From Octopus vulgaris (taxonomy: Eukaryota), in the NCBI GenBank assembly GCA_951406725.2, contig OX597822.1:67642001-67706000 (forward strand): a DNA stretch of 64,000 nucleotides, given 5' to 3'. The notes under the pieces were generated by a model. The model had not been told where the DNA came from. It ran no database searches and saw nothing but the letters and a program-made list of their open reading frames with translations. Shown here piece by piece: positions 56,031 through 64,000 of the stretch; the first letter of the stretch is position 1, and the number at the start of each line of letters is the position of its first letter. A program made the translations under genes and the position numbers.

Positions 56031-57040
56031 TAGGTTGTCCGGAAAGTTCTGAGCGTTTTTAAGCTAAATCTTTTAACGCTTCATTGAATATTCCATCAGC
56101 ATAAAATTTTACTGGCTTTGAAGAAAAATAAAAGTTATCTAGATGCATTTTGACTTCACTTAAATCGTTAAATGTTTTCCCTTGAAATGAATTCTGTAGA
56201 AACAAAAAGTGGTAGTCGGGTGGCACTTCATCAGGAGAATATGGTGAATGAGATAAGAGATCTCAGCCCAAGTTCATGTAACTTTGTTCGGGTAGCGAAA
56301 AACACATGTAGTCAGGCATTGTCTTGCTGGAACACTACCCCTTTCCTGTTGGCAATCTCAGGCTTCAATTCTTCGAGTTTTTGGTTCAAATTAGCTAGCA
56401 GATGACAGTACACATCAGAATTAATGGTTTTGTGGGAGAAGCTGAGAGTAAATAATACCTTTATGATCCCACCAAACATAAAACATAGCTTTTTTGGCAT
56501 GGATACTTGCATTTCGTTGCTGTTTGGGGGAATTCTCATGCAAACGCCAGGATCTTTTTCACACTACGTTTTCGTACACAATCCATTTTTCATCTCCAGT
56601 CACAAGTTTTTTCAAAAAGGTATGCTTTCATTCCGTTTCAAAAACATATCTCAAACGAAATACCGGTCCAAGCAATTCTTTTCTGAGAGTTTGTGAGGGA
56701 CCCATACATTATAGCGAGAAATGTATCCTAGCTTCACTAGGTGTTAATGAGCCGTACTTTTAGAAACTTCCAACACATCTGCAAGCTCTCTAGTCGTGAT
56801 ATTTGAGTTTTCTTCGATTTTGCCTTCAAAACATCTGCATCCAATTTTGAAGACCTGTCATCTTCAAAAGCTAAACTCTCCAGCTTTAAATTTTGCAAAC
56901 TACCTAAAAACAGATTATTCACCTACAACATAATCACCATAAACTTCACAAATGTTTTTGCAAGTCTTTGCAGCATTTTCTCCTTTAAAAAAACGCATTA
57001 CAACGCGAATATGAAATTTTTGGTTATCCATTTCAAATGC
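56030..57040 (-). mobile_element. Near full-length decayed mariner
   Basis: ATG at 57031: MDNQKFHIR..., WVPHKL, LVTGDEKWIVY, FQQDNA, YSPDEVPPDYH; one TIR TTAGGTTGTCCGGAAAGTTC after TA (56028-29); multiple stops and frameshifts. Confidence 0.9.
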
Positions 57041-57489
57041 CAATAAAGGGTAACCAGGACGAAAAGTAAATCTATTTTTAGTCAGGAACAAAGATATGAC
57101 TTTAAAATATTTAGGATCTTCTTTGTAATAAATAGAAAATAATATTTCAGAAGTATATTCTGCGTATCTTGTCTGTTACTCTTAGATTTATAATTCAGAT
57201 TTCTCAGCCCGCCGTGATTTAGGGTTTATCTCGAAATGATTGTCTCCCTTACAATAACTGCCGCCAGGGCACCTCCTGTACACTGTAGATAATACGGTTA
57301 AAACTACGATAAGATTGTCCTCTCTAGAATGCATATGGCTTAGTAACATTGATAAGCAGAAAGGAGAAGCGTTACGTGATTGCACAATAGTAATAGTGGA
57401 CAAATATTCCTTAAACTAAACACTATCGTCATTACAAACGACAGATTAGATAATATCATCAAAGGTATGTTAAGCATGAATAACTACCA

Positions 57490-57580
57490 ATAGGTTGGTT
57501 GTGGCTGGAAAGCGTTTGATCAAAGATCTGTTCGAGCAGGTTCATCTGAGAATTAAGCAACAACAACAACAACAACAACA
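57490..57580 (+). mobile_element. Possible RTE-type LINE 3' end with (CAA)n tail
   Basis: Short complex segment ending in (CAA)n, a tail type typical of RTE elements; single copy in window. Confidence 0.35.
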
Positions 57581-58043
57581 AAAATAACGATAAAAAACGA
57601 TTTTTATAAATTTACAAGTTAAACGATTTATGTACAATTTAACACAGCTACGTTCCCAGAGCTCTCGTGTATCAACAATTATGTATTAAGCGGGAAAACA
57701 TCAATCGATATCTGAGCTGATAAAAGACTCTAGTTTAGCTGTATAGCTAGTCTCACTTCTACTCATATATAATCATAAGAGAAAGAGACAGCGACAGAGA
57801 CAGCGACAGAGTGGAAATGATATACAGCTAACATACCAAACAACAAAGAGTAACATACTTTCACAGTGGTCCTGCGTTTTATTTGATTGTGGCTAAAAGA
57901 CCTAGCTTCTCATAAGTAGGACCCACTCGCTGTGGTTTACCGTAAGCAGCGTCTTGTACTAAATCATTTTCATTAGATTCTAGTATTTAATAACACTAAT
58001 ATCAAACGCCATGTACGTACATACATGCACACATACATATATA

Positions 58044-58359
58044 CATCACCGTGACCACCGTGATCGACCAGGCTATCAGATGCTGCTACACATCGCTGGC
58101 TACAATGCGCTTCGCATTGTTTTAGCCTTCAAATGACGCCACCCCGCTGGCTAAGCGAGCAAGCCAGCAGAAGAAAGAGTGAAAGAAAGTTGTAGCGAAA
58201 GAGTACAGCAGGGATTGCCACCCCACCCCCCTGCCGGAGACTCGTGGAGCTTTAGGTGTTTTCGCTCGATAAACACTCACAACGCCCTGTCCGGGAATCG
58301 AAACCGCAATCCTACGACCGTGAGTCCGCAGCCCTAACCACTGGGCCATTGCACCTCAC
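58044..58359 (-). mobile_element. SINE family C with third tail type
   Basis: C head/body; tail shared with solo copy at 54101-54174. Confidence 0.88.
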
Positions 58360-58422
58360 ATACATACACATGTACATACATACACACACATACATACATA
58401 CATACATACATACATACATACA

Positions 58423-58456
<34 letters not shown>

Positions 58457-58495
58457 CATACATACATGCATGAATACATGCATGCATACATACAT

Positions 58496-58530
<35 letters not shown>

Positions 58531-58611
58531 TACATACATACATACATACATACATCATACATACAGTTAGTTCTTGATTGGGAACTACTACCTAGTATTA
58601 AAAAAATGTTC

Positions 58612-58845
58612 CTTCTCGAGCCATGCCAGGCTCATAAGGGCCGGTTTCCCGGTTTCAGTGGCGTAGAAATTCCCCACCTGGACGGGACGCCAGTCCGTCG
58701 CAGAATTACTCATTCTTGCCAGCTGAGCGGACTGGAACAACGTGAAATGGAGTGTTTTGCTCAAGAACACAACGTGTCCCCCGGTCCTGGACAACCTTAC
58801 GATCATGAGTTCAGCACTCTAGCCACTAAGCCACGCGCCTCCACA
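58612..58845 (-). mobile_element. SINE family D
   Basis: GGAGGCGCGTGGCTTAGTGG head; CTTGAGCAAAACACT central domain. Confidence 0.85.
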
Positions 58846-61317
58846 ACTACTGTAGGAATCAAGATATTTCTAAATGAAATTATTTGTAACAATCAGCCAC
58901 AATGTTTAATTAGCGATAATTTATGAAACGTTTGATAATCCGTCGGGAGTGAAGACGTCAGGTTGATCATTACGAAAAATTTCATTTAAAATTATAACAT
59001 ATTTTTTTTAACTTCTAAGGGTTCACAAGACATCGAGGACAATACAGAACGATATAATGAGGGCTTACATAAAAGCGTAAAATAATAGTAATAAAGCAAC
59101 AACAATCTCAATCCCTATGAATTGTCGCATGAGATGGTGGCTGTAGTGGCCAGATCTGTTCGGTATAGCGCACAATTGCACATCACCAGTCAGGTCATCA
59201 ACGACAGTTTTGAAATCTGCGTTGGTCAGAGTTTTGGGGCCAAAACATACCAATGCGATCCTCCTTGTCTGGGTCCGTTGTCAGTTGGTGCCACTGCTCC
59301 TTGAATGACAGAGCGGGGGATTTTTCCCTTCTGTTGTCAGTTGCAGTAGTTATCTGGCAAGAGGTCTCCAAAACTAGTCTAGCATAAAAGCATAAACTTC
59401 ATAGGACAGACCGTTGAAATCAGACGATTTGACCCCGTGCAGTCTACCATCGTTCATGTATCTTCGTGGGTGTCATCAGTTTATCACAAGTCTCCGTCAC
59501 CCTTGCCGAAATTCCCAATAGTCAGTTGTGTTAGGCATTGAAATTCTTCATCCTGCCCTCTTATCCGCTACCCATTGTGATCCACCAAAGGCAGAATAAG
59601 TGGTTTTGTTGCTAAGTCAGTCTCCGCCATTCGGGTTTATTAAATAGCTTTCATTCCTTCGTGATTTAGAGCAGCGCTCTAAATTTGGCAATGCAGCCTA
59701 CGTACTTTGCCTTGAAGAATTAGCAAGTACTGATCTCTGTGCAAACACGTCCGTTGCATTTCCGAAACGACTTCTAAACATTCTAAACATTTGTCTCCCT
59801 AATGTTCGCTATATGTATGTATGTACGTATGTATGTATGTATGTATGTATGTATGTATGTATGTATGTATGTATGCATGCATGCATGTATGTATGTATGT
59901 ATGTATGTATGTATGTATGTATGTATGTATGTATGTATGTATGTATGTATGAATGTATGTATGCATGTATGTATGTGTATACATATACACACCTACATAT
60001 GTTTGTGTGCATATGTATCCATACACACACATACGCACAATTGTGAGCGTTTGAGTTTGAATATAACTATTTAATAGGCTGTTGTTAAGTTTCAAGGTCC
60101 GCGATGGCCTTCCCATCTTTTATTGAGAAGTAATGTATCCACCATGTCATAGTTTATCTAATGCATCATATCCAATGCGTCCTGCCATATTTAACACCAT
60201 ATGTATTGCCGTATTTCTTAGACCGTAATGAAATCCTTTATTAAATCGGCTAAGTTGTTATCTACCGATACAATATTTCACAATGGTAAATCTATCCAGA
60301 AAACTATTGGAAATACAGCAGCAAAACTAAGACAAGAAAGTCTACATAGTTCCCAATCCTAATTTCCTTTCCACAAATGCCAGCATTTTATATAAACGAT
60401 CGGAAATGTCTACATTGCTTCTAAATGTCAAACCATTCTACCGATTTCCTTTTGATCTTTCGTATTCTATTCCTTGCAATGTAGAATTGAAGAGAGATTC
60501 TTTACCCTTGTCTCTTGAATTGGAACATATCAAAGGCAGGAAGAAAGCGAGAAAGACAGAAGGAAAGAAGGAAACAAAAGAGGAAAGGAAAGAAAGGTGG
60601 GAAGAAAGAAAGGAAGAAGAGATTTTGAAAGAAAGAACGAAAGAAAGAATTAGAGGGAAAAGTGAAAGCCAATGGGATGTTATGCAGGTGGATTCGACAG
60701 AATAAACAGCTACAGGTGAAAAGGCTTCGGTGAAAGATGAACATTTATCAGGTATCACGGTTTCAGTTGAAAAGGTTAGGATATAAGGTGTTATCATGAA
60801 ATCATGACGATAACATTCGAGAAATTACGAGAAACATTTTGAGAAATCGTTGTTTTCTCTATGTGATTTATTTTCTATGTGTGGGTTGAATAAACTGTGT
60901 AGATAGATGGCAGAGATGGCTTACGTAACAGATACACAAGCTGAGAACGATAGAGAGTAAAAAAAATAACAACATTGAATCAGTCGCTAGTAACATATGT
61001 GGACAGAGAGACAAAGAGAGAAATAATATATACGGGAAAGAGGAAACAGAGAGGAAAGGCAGAGAGAATGAATCAATGGAAAATAGATCAATACACACGC
61101 ATATATGTATAAATAGACATACACATATAGGACTTCCTCAGTTTTATTGATTAAGAGGAGTAAGGTCTACACGTTGGTACCGAAAGTTTATTAAATCGAA
61201 GGCAAATAGGCTAATATGAAGCAGATGCGGTTGTTTATGCCGAAATTTTGTTACATTAAAGCTAGCCTAGAGATTATTTAATATTGCTGTTATTGTAGAA
61301 AGAAGAAAGTTTTCATA

Positions 61318-61720
61318 CGCAGGAGTGGCTGTGTGGTAAGTAGCTTGTTTACCAACCACATGGTTCCGGGTTCAGTCCCACTGCGTGGCACCTTGGGCAA
61401 GTGCCTTCTACTATAGCCTCGGGCCGACCAAAGCCTTGTGAGTGGATTTGGTAGACGGAAACTGAAAGAAGCCCGTCGTATATATGTATATATGTATGCG
61501 TGTGTGTGTTTGTGTGTCTGTGTTTGTCCCCTAGCATTGCTTGACAACCGATGCTGGTGTGTTTATGACCCCATCACTTAGCGGTTCGGCAAAAGAGAAC
61601 GATAGAATAAGTACTGGGCTTACAAAGAATAAGTGCCGGGGTCGAGTTGGTCGATTAAAGGCGGTGCTCCAGCATGGCCGCAGTCAAATGACTGAAACAA
61701 GTAAAAGAGTAAAGAGAGAG
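61318..61720 (+). mobile_element. SINE family B, full length, close to the apparent consensus
   Basis: Colinear with other B copies. Confidence 0.92.
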
Positions 61721-62334
61721 AGTACTAGTGCACAATATAAAATGACACTACTGTAAGTATGTATAAGTTTTATTTACTACAACTATAGGTATGGAGTTAG
61801 TACAGCACGGTAGTCGCGGTACACTAGTCATTATTCAATGTCTGAAGGTAGAATTGGAGTTGAATCTACGATATTCTGCCTCTTCCCGAAATGTTTACAA
61901 TTGAAGTTACTGGAGATCAAATAAGGATGGATGTCACTGAAATTAGCTTAAAGAAATTTTCAGACGTCTGCCACGAAATCATGTGTATGTACCCACGTAT
62001 ATCTGGCGCCATGGATCTCGTGATTAAGAAATGTGTGTGTGTGTGTATGTGTCATTGTTATTATGTTTAACTGTCGTATGTTCAAATTTGGCCAAATGCG
62101 TTTTTTCTTCAATATTTATTTTTGCTTGCAATAGCCGGTTATTTTGGTCAAACTATCATACCTTCAGCTGCTTCAGATATCAAGATATCAAAGATTGTCA
62201 AAATGTATTACAACAGTTTTGCTATGGAATCGTGAAACTTCTCTCGTTTCCTGATAAAGCAACGTTTTGTACTTACGACACTTTTGCATAATTGTGTCTG
62301 GGGAGAGTCAAAAACGAAATATATATATATAGTC

Positions 62335-62560
62335 TTTTACTCTTTTACTTGTTTCAGCCATTTGACTGCAACCATGCTGAACCACCGCCTTTTAGTCGAG
62401 CAAATCGACCCCAGGGCTTATTCATTCTTTGTAAGCCTAGAACTTATTCTATCGGTCTCTTTTGCTGAACTGCTAAGTTATAGGGGACGTAAACACACTA
62501 ACATCGGTTGTCAATCGACTGTGGAGGGGTACAAACACAGAAACACAAACACACACACAA
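62335..62560 (-). mobile_element. SINE family B 3' half
   Basis: Reverse complement of B tail. Confidence 0.85.
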
Positions 62561-63037
62561 ACCACAGACAAGCAATTTATAAAGAAATAAAAGATACTCT
62601 ATGGCGTTGGGCATAGTTTTTCACAACTCTCTGTAACCAAAAAGACGCAACATCAGTTCGGAATCGATAAATATAATAATCGAACAAGGCCGGTGGATTG
62701 GCATATTGCGATTGTGAAAGATGAAAGGCAAAGTTGATATCGGCAGTGTTTGAACTCAGAGCGCCGCTATATATATATTCTTCGCACACACACACACACA
62801 CACATACACACACAGGTATATATATATATATACGTATATGTCAGTGTGTGAGGGTGTATGTGTATGTATGCATGAAATTAGATATATGACAAAGGAACCG
62901 GAAATTATGCAATTCAGAAGCACAAGGATATTGAGTTCCAACCCCAGGTTATTAGTGTCGCCATGCCCAAGTGCCAAAATTAATATGTACGTGTGTGTGT
63001 GTGTGTGTAATATATATATATAATAAATATGCATAAC

Positions 63038-63384
<347 letters not shown>

Positions 63385-63390
63385 TATACA

Positions 63391-63752
63391 GCAACCACAT
63401 GGTTCCGGGTTTACCCCCATTGCGTGGCACCTTGGGCAAGTGTCTTCTGCTATGGCATCGGACCGACCAAAACCTTGTGAATGGATTTGGTAGACGGAAG
63501 CCGTCGTATATATGTATATCTATATATGTGTGCGTATGTGTTTGTGTGTCTGTGTTTCTACCCCTCCACAGTCGATTGACAACCGATGCTAGTGTGTTTA
63601 CGTCCCCTATACCTTAGCAGTTCAGCAAAAGAGACCGATAGAATAAGTACTAGGCTTACAAAGAATAAGTCCTGGGGTCGATGTACTCGACTAAAGGCGT
63701 TGCTCAAGCATGGCCGTAGACAAATGACTAAAACAAGTAAAAGAATAAAAGG
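63391..63752 (+). mobile_element. 5'-truncated SINE family B
   Basis: Colinear with family B. Confidence 0.88.
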
Positions 63753-63789
63753 ATTGAATATATGTGCGTGTATGCATATATGTATATAG

Positions 63790-63792
63790 TTG

Positions 63793-63887
<95 letters not shown>

Positions 63888-63932
63888 TAGATAGATAGGT
63901 AGATAGATAGATAGATAGATTAGATAGATAGG

Positions 63933-64000
<68 letters not shown>
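63790..64000. repeat. (TAGA)n array running off window end
   Basis: Direct reading. Confidence 0.95.

Noticed and set aside
59415-59476. CTGATGA with possible stem on minus strand
   Set aside because: G12 is missing and stems I and III are not convincing.
62120-62180. PLE-like CTGAAGG...CCAAAA..ACCGG motif on minus strand
   Set aside because: Too degenerate to distinguish from chance.

Overview
Eukaryotic, AT-rich, intron/intergenic-type DNA saturated with microsatellites and transposon debris. The SINE families and repeat landscape resemble an octopus (coleoid cephalopod) genome; this is recognition, not a database result. Almost all ORFs in the supplied track are microsatellite translation artefacts, and no host gene can be called with confidence (only a few weak candidate exons). 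Supported content: four tRNA-headed SINE families (called A-D here), several with clear 12-19 bp target-site duplications (TSDs); four mariner remnants; hAT MITE pieces; an L1/Tx1 3' fragment; a CR1/L2 RT fragment; and a Neptune-like Penelope element (PLE) with a 196-codon GIY-YIG endonuclease frame. The most interesting unannotated signal is a set of type I hammerhead ribozyme (HHR) folds. Three have a complete catalytic core and unusually long (51-86 nt) stem II insertions (2504+, 21375-, 37368-). One has an unpaired stem II base (37903+). A three-copy family carries a non-canonical CUG/A-U-N-GA-A core (16230+, 20986-, 63172-). All sit within a few hundred bp of (TA)n tracts, and two lie downstream of and co-oriented with the PLE endonuclease, suggesting a (TA)n-associated PLE/ribozyme mobile system. 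Other notable items: multimeric and tail-swapped SINEs, a probable LINE-SINE partner pair, a templated-insertion scar and several long hairpins.
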